NCBI GenBank assembly: GCA_038850735.1
Contig: JAWCLO010000002.1
Location: forward strand, 105,902 to 169,901
Reading direction: 5' to 3'
Source of the DNA: Methanomassiliicoccales archaeon
GTDB lineage: Archaea > Thermoplasmatota > Thermoplasmata > Methanomassiliicoccales > JACIVX01
DNA length: 64,000 nucleotides
The notes beneath the pieces were generated by a model. The model saw only the letters and a list, made by a program, of their open reading frames with translations. It searched no databases and was not told the origin of the DNA. The translations under genes and the position numbers were made by a program. This document shows positions 48,576 through 57,320 of the stretch, piece after piece (the stretch's first letter is position 1; each line of letters begins with the position of its first letter).

Positions 48576-49568
48576 AATTGAATATAAGTCACTTCGTTTA
48601 AGCCTTTGAACGCTAGGTAATTTCGGGGCGACAATTAAGTAGTGTTGGAGTGCAGCGCGCACGAATAAATTATGTGAATGAATATCCGATTCTTTACTCT
48701 TTTTCGGTAAAATTAATACAGGCCCGCAAAAAGGTTATTGAGATCGAGCTCATTGCGTTTGGTGAATGCCGGACGAATTTTGTGCGTTCCTGGTCTTTGT
48801 TCTCAATAGTAGATAACCATAGTATGTGACTGCGGAAGGGGGTCTCCTCTGGGAGATACTCTAACTGCAATTATTGCATTCACGCGAAAATATAGATTAA
48901 TTAGGCTATTTCATTCATACCTCCAAACCGCATTATCTTGGTTGGAATCCGCTCTGCGAAGGAATTTTCGACCGTGGCTAACTGGCCTCCGACCTTTCCT
49001 ATTTACGGCTCGAATAATTATTTCATACACAAAACTTCATCATTTTCTTCTAGCACGATTCATGTCAATAGAAAAATGGCATAACTCATTGATTTGAGCC
49101 ATTATTGGACGCTTTCGATATTATTATTTGGAAAAGTAACATAGATTAGCACTTCGCTGATTGATGCAAAACAAAAAAACAATGCTGATTATGGAACCAG
49201 TTTGCTTTGGGGAAAATATTGAATGCGCCATTGATTGCAGAAAAACTACGAGCATCGATGCAGAAGTTCAATCTATTAAATCTAAACGCTAAGGTATCAT
49301 TATTGACAATTTCATAAATTCATTGACCTGGCATAGAACTAAATAGGTTTAGCAAACTTCCGCGACTTACCGCCTTGTTTATTAAAACGCCTAAACAATA
49401 AAGTGATGAAATCGGCATTCGAGTATTCGCTGCTACTCTATCCGCAATAGATTAAAGGCCCTTATGCATTGTCATAATTTGCCGAAAAGAACATAGGGCA
49501 AACATATTTGAAACAGATTGCGGCCTAGCCATCTGATTCAGAATAAAAATTGTATCGAGGGGTGTCCA

Positions 49569-50039
49569 ATGAATAATGTAGAACTGGTTCTGGAAAAAGG
49601 ATCAACATATATCATCAAAGAAAAGACACCCAAATTAGCGTACCGCATTTTTTCCAATGCGATTGGAGACGGGGCTTCTGGAATCATCATAACCCGCATT
49701 TATCCTATAAAACTTAAGAAGCAATTTGAAATAGGTTCTTCAACGATATATTGGCTGACCAATGTAATAGCAGATATGGCACTTAGACCCAAAGATCTAG
49801 AAGAGTTGAGTTTTAAACTGGAGAGGTTCATTTCTACGCATGAAAACCCGATTGTAATTATTGATTGTCTCGAATACCTAATCACGAATAACGATTTTAC
49901 AACAGTCTTGAAATTTGTGCAATCAATAAGAGATCAGATTACGATAAGAAACGCAATTCTACTGATTTCTATTAACCCTCTAACATTGGATTCACATAAT
50001 CTTAAATTGCTCGAAGAAGAAGCGGATTATATCATTTAG
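49569..50039 (+). CDS. DUF835 domain protein (stand-alone)
   Basis: LEKGSTYIIKEK...GIIITRIYPIKLKKQFEIGSSTIYWLT...IVIIDCLEYLI aligns with the C-terminal half of the ORF at 1-783. The ATG at 49569 is preferred to the track start at 49518. Confidence 0.75.
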   Translation: MNNVELVLEKGSTYIIKEKTPKLAYRIFSNAIGDGASGIIITRIYPIKLKKQFEIGSSTIYWLTNVIADMALRPKDLEELSFKLERFISTHENPIVIIDCLEYLITNNDFTTVLKFVQSIRDQITIRNAILLISINPLTLDSHNLKLLEEEADYII

Positions 50040-50173
50040 GCAATATGAGAACAGCATGTTTAGTTCCTTGGTTATCTCATGACACGAAATTCTTTTCAAG
50101 GAATGCGTTCGAGAAGTTAGGCTCTCATGAGTAGTTCTTGTTTCTTTAATATAACTGAAACTTCGACTCGACT

Positions 50174-50851
50174 TTACTCGATTCCAAGAATGATTCTATG
50201 AAGAACGTCGATCGTCATTCCAAGAATTCTGCCAGCGTCCTTTAGATGGTGATAAATCTCCCTTTTTTTGATTATGCCTATTGGATCGTCAGTTTCAAAG
50301 ATAGTACTCATTGATTCAATGTAAATCGTTTCAATTTTTCTTTCACTATTCCGCATCTTATGGATCATGAATTCAGGTAATTTCTCATTTCGCTTCATCA
50401 AGGATATCGCTTCTGCCAGAGTAGATGTTCCTTCATATAGACATTCAACCATCGTTACGATTGGCCCATCTGGGTTTATCCCAAACGCCTTCATTTCAAG
50501 TGCCGTAGAAAGCGAATAATTGAGGATATAATCCATCTGGCGGGAAATCGTGTAAATATCCTGCCTATCAAATGGTGTCACGAAACTTTCCATCAGCTTG
50601 CCTTCCATATCGTATCTCATTTCATCCGCTTTCTCTTCAATTTGCTGAAGTAGTCTCGGGGCATCTATCTCGCCAAACTTAACCCACTCCAAAAGCACAC
50701 GCACCCCCTCTAAAGTGATCTTCGCTTGATCACTGAGCATTTTGTAAAAATCATACCGTGGAGGAAACAAGACATCTACGATTTTCCCCCTTGCGCCGTC
50801 GCTATCTCTTCTCGAACTATTCTTTGCGTTCTTACGAAACATCATTGTCAC
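50174..50851 (-). CDS. DUF47/PhoU-like phosphate transport regulator (Pit accessory protein)
   Basis: YDFYKMLSDQAKITLEGVRVLLEWV and the helical repeat layout fit the DUF47 family. It lies immediately downstream of the PiT transporter. Confidence 0.8.
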   Translation of the reverse strand: MTMMFRKNAKNSSRRDSDGARGKIVDVLFPPRYDFYKMLSDQAKITLEGVRVLLEWVKFGEIDAPRLLQQIEEKADEMRYDMEGKLMESFVTPFDRQDIYTISRQMDYILNYSLSTALEMKAFGINPDGPIVTMVECLYEGTSTLAEAISLMKRNEKLPEFMIHKMRNSERKIETIYIESMSTIFETDDPIGIIKKREIYHHLKDAGRILGMTIDVLHRIILGIE

Positions 50852-50899
50852 CTAAGTAGAGATCCATCTCAATTCAAATGAATGAGTTATCACTTCCGC

Positions 50900-51934
50900 C
50901 TAAATGACGGTCAACATTAAGGATAATAAACCCGATATTAACATTGTGATGGGGAATGTTAATAACCATGAAACGAAAATTTCCTTCCCAAGAGTCCAAT
51001 CTACCATTTTTGCATTCTCTGCGGTGCCGATTCCGATGATGCTCGCAGAAACCACGTGAGTGGTCGATACTGGTGCTCCTGCAATCGTTGAAAATAAAAC
51101 TGCTGCAGTTGACACCGATTGCGAATTAAGGCTGTGTAGAGGTCCTATGCGGTAGATTTTTACTGCAAGCGTCCTTACAATACGCCACCCACCAAACATC
51201 GTTCCTACGGCCATCGCTAATGCGCATGCTAATCTTATACCGAGATGAACGTCTGATTGTACTAGAAATCCACTTGATGCGAAAACGATCATAATTATAC
51301 TAATCTGTTTTTGTGTGTCGTTAGCGCCATGACTGAAAGAAAGAAGACTTGCGGTTATCCATTGGACTTTTCGAACAGATTTGTTCGCGGAACGCGTCGA
51401 TTTCCGCAATACCATTGTTGTTGTCTTCATGAGCAGATAGCCACCTGCGAGGCCAACAACTATCGAAGTGGCAAGCAATACGAAAACTTTTAGAATACCA
51501 TCTAGAGAAGGCGATGGAGCCAAAACCGAATCAATACCCCAATTCAGAGCTTCGATTCCCCCTACAGGAATGGTTGCACCGATCAATCCGCCGATGAACG
51601 CGTGGGTAGATGATGACGGTAGTCCATACTTCCAAGTTATGATATTCCAAACAACCGCGCTTAATGTCGCACTAAATAGACATATCACGAGAAGTTGAGG
51701 ATGTGAAATAAAAGTTAGAGATTGAATAGTATACACCACAGCACTACCCCCAACGAGTGCACCGACGAGATTTGAAACAGATGCAAGTAATACAGCTTGT
51801 ATAGGCGTTGCTGTTTTTGATCCAATCAATGTAGCAATTGTTGAGCTGGCATCATGAAACCCATTTGTTGCACAAAAAAACAGAGCCAAGATTACTACAA
51901 TGAAAATGAAGACGACATTGACGGCGGATTCCAC
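50900..51934 (-). CDS. inorganic phosphate transporter, PiT family
   Basis: Contains TNGFHDASSTIAT and SHGANDTQK signature repeats in a polytopic membrane protein. The start is GTG. Confidence 0.9.
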   Translation of the reverse strand: MESAVNVVFIFIVVILALFFCATNGFHDASSTIATLIGSKTATPIQAVLLASVSNLVGALVGGSAVVYTIQSLTFISHPQLLVICLFSATLSAVVWNIITWKYGLPSSSTHAFIGGLIGATIPVGGIEALNWGIDSVLAPSPSLDGILKVFVLLATSIVVGLAGGYLLMKTTTMVLRKSTRSANKSVRKVQWITASLLSFSHGANDTQKQISIIMIVFASSGFLVQSDVHLGIRLACALAMAVGTMFGGWRIVRTLAVKIYRIGPLHSLNSQSVSTAAVLFSTIAGAPVSTTHVVSASIIGIGTAENAKMVDWTLGKEIFVSWLLTFPITMLISGLLSLMLTVI

Positions 51935-52133
51935 ATGAAAGTGATAAGTTACTAGTTATCTTTAGGATATCGGGATATTGAAGCATTCATCGTTTTCGAA
52001 TCTAACCATCTGCGCAAGGAATATCTGCAACTTTCGCTTAATTTAATCATTTGATTCTAATGATAAAGAGCAGTTTTCTTCGAAATTTCGAATTCCTCAA
52101 CTATATTTATGGCGAAAGCAATTGCAAATTCAG

Positions 52134-53099
52134 ATGAAGCGCGATGTTGTAGGTGTAGGAGCTCTTAACGTGGATTTCATTTATGAAGTCAATAGGTTAG
52201 TAGTTGCAGAGAAAAGTTATGTCCCAGGTTCAGAAATCTTTGAAGATAAGAGACGATTCCGTCGTGTGAAAGAAGAGCTTGATCAAACTGGTAAGCTTGT
52301 AAGAAGAAGCGCGGGCGGTTCGGCTGCAAATACCGTTTATGCACTTGCCAAAATGGGGTTCAAAACTGGAATTCTTGGTATAACTGGAATCGATGAATTA
52401 GGAGATTTCATACTTTATTCCATGAATGACGTTGATTACTCGCATGTGAAACGACTTGATGATACTGGCGTATGCTTATCTCTTGTCTCAAGAGGGGAGC
52501 GATCCTTGATCGTTTTTCCCAATGCAAATGACATGTTTTCTATTTCGATAGAAGATATTGGATATCTGAATGAGTCCCGAATCGTTCACATGAGTTCTTT
52601 TGTGGGAGACCGTGGATTGAATGAACAGAAGAAAATTGCAAAAGAACTGGATGCCGGCGTTATGCTTTCATTCGATCCGGGCGAAATCTACGCAAGAAAA
52701 GGTTTGAGAGCCATCAAAACAATTCTGAGACGATGTGACATTCTTTTCATCAATGAGAGGGAACTGCAATTGCTAACATCTAATGATGTTGTGGAAGGAT
52801 CGAAAATGCTTTTGGAGACAGGTCCTGAAATTGTTGCGTGTAAAATGGGAGAAAAGGGTTCGATCATTGTGACTGATACTGATGAAATCACCATCTCTCC
52901 AACCAATACAGTGGTTGTTGATAAAACTGGCGCAGGCGATGTCTACGATGCGGGTTTTTTGGCAGGAATCCTTATGGACTGGCCAATTGAAAAATGTGGT
53001 AATTTTGCATCTTTCGTCGCGGGAAGAAGCATCGCTTATTATGGAAGGGACGGGTATCCAGATAAAGATACGATAAAGATATTCGATGGCGTGATGTAA
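52134..53099 (+). CDS. PfkB-family carbohydrate/nucleoside kinase
   Basis: Contains VVGVGALNVDFIY, GGSAANT and the PfkB signature DKTGAGDVYDAGFLAG. The ATG at 52134 is preferred to the TTG at 52122. Confidence 0.85.
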   Translation: MKRDVVGVGALNVDFIYEVNRLVVAEKSYVPGSEIFEDKRRFRRVKEELDQTGKLVRRSAGGSAANTVYALAKMGFKTGILGITGIDELGDFILYSMNDVDYSHVKRLDDTGVCLSLVSRGERSLIVFPNANDMFSISIEDIGYLNESRIVHMSSFVGDRGLNEQKKIAKELDAGVMLSFDPGEIYARKGLRAIKTILRRCDILFINERELQLLTSNDVVEGSKMLLETGPEIVACKMGEKGSIIVTDTDEITISPTNTVVVDKTGAGDVYDAGFLAGILMDWPIEKCGNFASFVAGRSIAYYGRDGYPDKDTIKIFDGVM

Positions 53100-53945
53100 A
53101 TGGTATTGAAAATCGGTTGGTTTTCAACGGGAAGAGATGCGGCAGCACGCAATCTTTTAAAAACTATTGTGAAGAAGAAGGATGAGGGTTTTTTTGACAT
53201 AGAAATTGCCTTTGTGTTTTCAAATTGGGAAGAGGATGAGGATCCAACCCATCCAACATTTGAAGATCGCCGCAGATTTTGCAAACTGGTTCGGGGATTT
53301 GATATCCCGCTCGTTTGTTTGTCTTGGAAGAAATTTCGACCAGACCTCCGTCTAGAAAACAGAGAAAAATGGAGAAGTGCATATGGTGAAAAAATGAGAG
53401 AATTAATTTCTCCATTTCCTTTCGATCTCGGCGTTCTCGCAGGCTACATGCTTTGGATGGATAATGAATCCTGCAAAATCTTCAACCTCATCAATTTACA
53501 CCCGGCATTGCCAGGTGGGCCAAAGGGAACGTGGCAACAAGTTATCTGGCAACTCATGGAATCTCGGGCAGACCGACAAGGTGCGATGATTCACTTGTGT
53601 ACCCAGGAATGGGACGAGGGGCCTCCACTCACGTTCTGCTCATTTTCTCTGCGAACTGCAGAGTATGAGGTTCTATGGGAGCAGTTCGAAAGGAAGTTAG
53701 AATCGGTAACTCTAGCGGAAATAATGAGGACTGAAGGAGAAAATGAACCTCTCTTTGCAAGAATACGCAAAGATGGCGAGATTCGAGAGATACCATTGCT
53801 TGCATATACTTTGAAGTATTTCGCTGATGGCAAACTTAGAATCAAAGATCGAATGATTTATGAAAAAGAAAGACCTCTTGCTGGGGCGTATGATTTAACT
53901 GCGTTGGTGGATCACGCGGTTAAAACAAGAGAATTTGAGGTGTGA
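53100..53945 (+). CDS. formyltransferase-fold protein (PurN-like N-terminal domain, extended)
   Basis: KIGWFSTGRD...VLAGYM...LINLHPALPGGPKG...GAMIHLCTQEWDEGP matches the Asn/His/Asp layout of the PurN-type formyltransferase core. The ATG directly abuts the PfkB stop. Confidence 0.6.
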   Translation: MVLKIGWFSTGRDAAARNLLKTIVKKKDEGFFDIEIAFVFSNWEEDEDPTHPTFEDRRRFCKLVRGFDIPLVCLSWKKFRPDLRLENREKWRSAYGEKMRELISPFPFDLGVLAGYMLWMDNESCKIFNLINLHPALPGGPKGTWQQVIWQLMESRADRQGAMIHLCTQEWDEGPPLTFCSFSLRTAEYEVLWEQFERKLESVTLAEIMRTEGENEPLFARIRKDGEIREIPLLAYTLKYFADGKLRIKDRMIYEKERPLAGAYDLTALVDHAVKTREFEV

Positions 53946-53948
53946 TCC

Positions 53949-55070
53949 TTGGAATTCGACCTGCTCGACGAACTAATACCTGGTGAAAACAGGCAATTCG
54001 TTACGGATGGAGAGGGGCCTATTACCAAAAATGACAACGCTTTCGAACTTTGCGCGGCTTTTATTGAAAATGGGGAGAAATTTTTCAGTGTAATCAGCAG
54101 ATACGATGACGTGCTTAGTGATGTTTTTCATAGGCAGGGATACAAAGCGGGAGATACACTCCGCCTTATTCTTCCTTTTCTCAAAGCGTATGGAGTGACA
54201 AATCAGAAAATGATCGAATTTTCAAGATCCGACATATTGCTAGTACCTGGCGCAAAGCGTACGATGCGATTTGTTAGGGAGCTTATGCAGTCTTTCATTG
54301 TGAGTACAAGCTATGAACACTATGTGAATGCGGTGTGCGAGGCGATTGGATTCCCGTTTGAAAATACTTATTGCACTCGAGTTAATTTGGATTCCTGCAA
54401 GATTGACTCATGGGAAGAGAACATCTTGAGAAACTATGCTAAAGAAATCGCTTCAATGGATGTCATAGAAATTCCACCAAATGCGAAAAGACTAGAGGAC
54501 TTCAACAAGAAGGATGAAGAGACAATAAAAAGGCTCGACGAGATCTTTTGGGAGGAAATGACGGATCTCGCTTCATACGAGCTTATCCTCGAAGTCAATC
54601 CAATTGGTGGAGAAGAAAAGGCCGCGGCAATTCTAGATGTATGCAGAAGGACAGGTATTGGCATCGAAGATACCATGTATGTCGGTGACAGCATAACCGA
54701 TGTAGAAGCGTTTAAGATGGTAAGAGAGGCCGGTGGTGTCACGGTTTCATTCAACGGAAATTCCTATGCGGTTAGAAATGCAGAAATTGCCGTCCTATCG
54801 CACGACACCGTCGTGACCTCGGTACTTGCGGAAACTTTCTACAAAGGGGGAAAAGAATCCGTCTTAGAACTCGTTGAGAATTGGAATCTTGAGTACATCA
54901 GAAAAATGGGATATGTGCATGAATATCTGGTGAAAGAACTGATCAAGGTATTTCCGGAAAAACTTCCGCTCGTTGTTAAAGTGACTCCCGAAAATATGTC
55001 CGAGATCGCAGCACTTAGCTCGAAGTTCAGGAAAACAGTGAGAGGGGAAGCAATAGGCGCACTTGGATGA
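53949..55070 (+). CDS. HAD-superfamily-like protein (resembles proteins annotated EhaR)
   Basis: Contains the N-terminal FVTDGEGPITKNDNAFE and the late HAD motif MYVGDSITDVEAF. The TTG start lies 3 nt after the upstream stop, and no in-frame ATG occurs before residue 88. The EhaR resemblance is from memory. Confidence 0.6.
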   Translation: MEFDLLDELIPGENRQFVTDGEGPITKNDNAFELCAAFIENGEKFFSVISRYDDVLSDVFHRQGYKAGDTLRLILPFLKAYGVTNQKMIEFSRSDILLVPGAKRTMRFVRELMQSFIVSTSYEHYVNAVCEAIGFPFENTYCTRVNLDSCKIDSWEENILRNYAKEIASMDVIEIPPNAKRLEDFNKKDEETIKRLDEIFWEEMTDLASYELILEVNPIGGEEKAAAILDVCRRTGIGIEDTMYVGDSITDVEAFKMVREAGGVTVSFNGNSYAVRNAEIAVLSHDTVVTSVLAETFYKGGKESVLELVENWNLEYIRKMGYVHEYLVKELIKVFPEKLPLVVKVTPENMSEIAALSSKFRKTVRGEAIGALG

Positions 55071-55203
55071 TGCAACACATCCTGTACTCGCGAAAGCGAG
55101 ATAAATGATCTGGCTAGCCCGGAAAGATTTATTCTTAATCTTTGCGGATATTGATCTCGGCAATATATGATTATGCTCTGTAATCAGAACCCGGTAAGAA
55201 AAG

Positions 55204-55298
55204 TGCTCCGGTCGGGATTTGAACCCGAGTCTTCGGCTTTCTTTCGGAATTTATCCGTCGAAAGGCCGAGATGATTGTCCGGACTACACTACCGGAGC
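55204..55298 (-). tRNA. tRNA-Glu(UUC) with a 20-nt intron at the canonical 37/38 position
   Basis: The minus strand reads GCTCCGG-TA-GTGTAGTCCGGACAATCAT-CTCGGC-CTTTCG[ACGGATAAATTCCGAAAGAA]A-GCCGA-AGAC-TCGGG-TTCAAAT-CCCGA-CCGGAGC-A. This is the archaeal tRNA-Glu consensus. Intron CGAAAG pairs with exon CTTTCG, as in a BHB motif. CCA is not encoded, and a T-run follows. Confidence 0.85.
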
Positions 55299-55321
55299 GA
55301 GAGGCAAGCGTTCATGTGGAA

Positions 55322-55333
55322 TTTTATACTTAA
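55322..55333 (-). promoter_or_regulatory. TATA-box/BRE-like element upstream of tRNA-Glu
   Basis: The minus strand reads TTTAAGTATAAAA, ending about 23 nt before tRNA position 1. This is the standard archaeal promoter spacing. Confidence 0.45.
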
Positions 55334-55507
55334 ATCTTAGCAAAGTGCCCTATGGTTTCATAGAAGACAGCTGAATAGGTTATTTGTTGAAACCTAATTT
55401 GGATAATGTAGGTGGAATCGCATCGGTTTTAAAGGAATGCTCGATCGAAGCTATTTTTAAAGCTTCTAAGTCTGATGTTGCCATAGCATTAAATAATCGA
55501 TTATGAT

Positions 55508-55897
55508 ATGACACAAGAAGCTAAAAGGTTCAAGTGGAGGATTCAATTGAATCACCACAATTACCACCTCGAGGAGGATGAAGAACTGGATGAACAGGGC
55601 GAGGACGTATTACGATCCCCTCTCCCAAATAGAAGAGAAGGGGAAATGTTTGGCATAGCTGATCAGCTCCTCGGGGGATCGAGGATTAGAGTTTTGTGTG
55701 CAGATGGAAAGGCCAGAATGGGTCGGATACCAGGAAAAATCAAAAAACGCATGTGGATAAGAAAAGGAGACCTGGTTATCGTCAAACCTTGGGATTTTCA
55801 GGATGATAAAGCTGACATCCTTTATCGTTACACTAAGACTCAGGCCAATTACTTAAGCAGAAAGAAAATTCTTCCAAAGAATCTTGATATTTTCTAA
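55508..55897 (+). CDS. eif1a: translation initiation factor aIF-1A
   Basis: Contains EGEMFGIADQLLGGSRIRVLCADGKARMGRIPGKIKKRMWIRKGDLVIVKPW, the S1-like OB core. An acidic/His-rich N-terminal extension is present. Confidence 0.9.
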   Translation: MTQEAKRFKWRIQLNHHNYHLEEDEELDEQGEDVLRSPLPNRREGEMFGIADQLLGGSRIRVLCADGKARMGRIPGKIKKRMWIRKGDLVIVKPWDFQDDKADILYRYTKTQANYLSRKKILPKNLDIF

Positions 55898-55915
55898 TCA
55901 ATTGGAGTTTAACCT

Positions 55916-56701
55916 ATGAACAGTAAGGAATCTCTGGCTTATATCGAGAGAGAGCTCGAGAAACTGCGCCAGAAGAATAAGGGTATAGAGGATCGGAAGG
56001 TACTCGATCAAGTCTTTGATAAAGATACACTCCTTGCAATTTATAAATTGATGAGTGATGGGGTCTTTGAAACTGTCGAGTTTCCCATCTCAACTGGCAA
56101 AGAAGGAAATGTATTTCTTTGTAAAAGGGAAGACGAGAGCTATGTAGCGCTCAAAATATACAGGGTAGCTACAGCTACCTTCAAGAGAATTTCTAGTTAT
56201 ATTGAAGGTGACCCTCGATTCAAGGGATTATATGGCAATCACAGGAAGATCATTTTTGCATGGGCAGCCAAGGAGTTCAGAAATCTCCAGAGATTCTATG
56301 AGGCTGGTGTGAGGGTGCCACATCCAATCAGATTTTACAAGAATTTGCTTGTGATGGAATATATAGGTACAGAAGAAGCGCCAGCGCCACTCATGAAGGA
56401 TGTTACCCTGGACGATCCTCAGGAAATTTACGAGACCTTAGTAAAATACATGAGATTATCTTTTCAGAAGGCTGAGTTGGTCCACGGAGATCTCAGCGAG
56501 TATAATGTGCTCATTCATGATAACAGTCCAGTGATCATAGATTGCGGCCAGGCGGTGTTAATTGACCATCCAAATGCTAGAGAATATTTAAAAAGAGACA
56601 TTACGAATATTAATGAGTATTTCAAATCTAAAAAAGTTAAAACTCTCGATTCAGATGAGATCTTTAAGGTCGTTATGGGTGAGGGACTTGAAGATTCTTA
56701 G
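55916..56701 (+). CDS. rio1: RIO-type serine protein kinase
   Basis: Contains STGKEGNVF, ALKIYR, LVHGDLSEYNVL and IIDCGQAV motifs. Confidence 0.9.
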   Translation: MNSKESLAYIERELEKLRQKNKGIEDRKVLDQVFDKDTLLAIYKLMSDGVFETVEFPISTGKEGNVFLCKREDESYVALKIYRVATATFKRISSYIEGDPRFKGLYGNHRKIIFAWAAKEFRNLQRFYEAGVRVPHPIRFYKNLLVMEYIGTEEAPAPLMKDVTLDDPQEIYETLVKYMRLSFQKAELVHGDLSEYNVLIHDNSPVIIDCGQAVLIDHPNAREYLKRDITNINEYFKSKKVKTLDSDEIFKVVMGEGLEDS

Positions 56702-57227
56702 AATACCAGCAGAACGCGTCGGAGTCCTCATTGGCAGAAACGGCGAAACGAAAAGACTCATCGAAAATAGGACAAAAGTAAAGCTTCAGATAAATTCAGA
56801 CGGCGAGGTTGTTCTCGATGATCACGAAGTGGAAGATCCTATCATGTCCCTGGTCGTCGTAGATATAGTGAAAGCAATAGGGAGAGGATTCTCTCCGGAA
56901 AGAGCATTACGACTCCTCGAAGAGGATGAATATCTGGAAACAATTGACATCAGAGAATTTGTTGGCAAAAAGAAAAACCATGTCACGAGGATGAGGGCGA
57001 GACTCATCGGTACAAAGGGGAAAACCAGGAAAATCATAGAAGACCTCACTGGCGCTTCCATTTCTATTTACGGAAACACCGTATCTATAATTGCAAATTC
57101 TATCCAAATGCCGATTGCAAAAACGGCAGTTGAAATGATCCTGAGGGGAAGTGAGCATGCCACTGTTTACCGCTATCTTGAGAGATCCAGACCCTATCTC
57201 CGGATTGCTGAAATGGGATTTGATTGA
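56679..57227 (+). CDS. KH-domain RNA-binding protein (Dim2/Pno1-like)
   Basis: Two KH modules are present (IPAERVGVLIGRNGETKRLIE and LIGTKGKTRKIIEDLTG). The start is probably GTG 56679 or TTG 56688, overlapping the rio1 end; the track start at 56613 is an over-extension. Confidence 0.8.
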   Translation: MRDLKILRIPAERVGVLIGRNGETKRLIENRTKVKLQINSDGEVVLDDHEVEDPIMSLVVVDIVKAIGRGFSPERALRLLEEDEYLETIDIREFVGKKKNHVTRMRARLIGTKGKTRKIIEDLTGASISIYGNTVSIIANSIQMPIAKTAVEMILRGSEHATVYRYLERSRPYLRIAEMGFD

Positions 57228-57320
57228 TGCACTTGCCCCTAATTCTATACGCCAACGTATTTCGCTTCAAAAACGAGGGACAGGTTGCATTATTACCGTA
57301 ACAGTATTAAAATCGATTAA

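Noticed and set aside
48820-48860. The CGGAAGGG string and an adjacent hairpin looked slightly like the SRP RNA helix 8 region. On the minus strand near 48985-49000, AGGAAAGGUCGGAGG looked slightly like RNase P CR-I.
   Set aside because: Only a few bases match. None of the other universally conserved SRP or RNase P blocks is present, and the surrounding sequence is too AT-rich for those RNAs. The region is retained only as a generic ncRNA candidate.
48576-49568. Possible replication origin in the 1-kb AT-rich gap.
   Set aside because: No orc1/cdc6 gene is adjacent, and I could not find convincing long ORB-type repeats. Only short CATTGAT-like words occur, which can arise by chance in AT-rich DNA.
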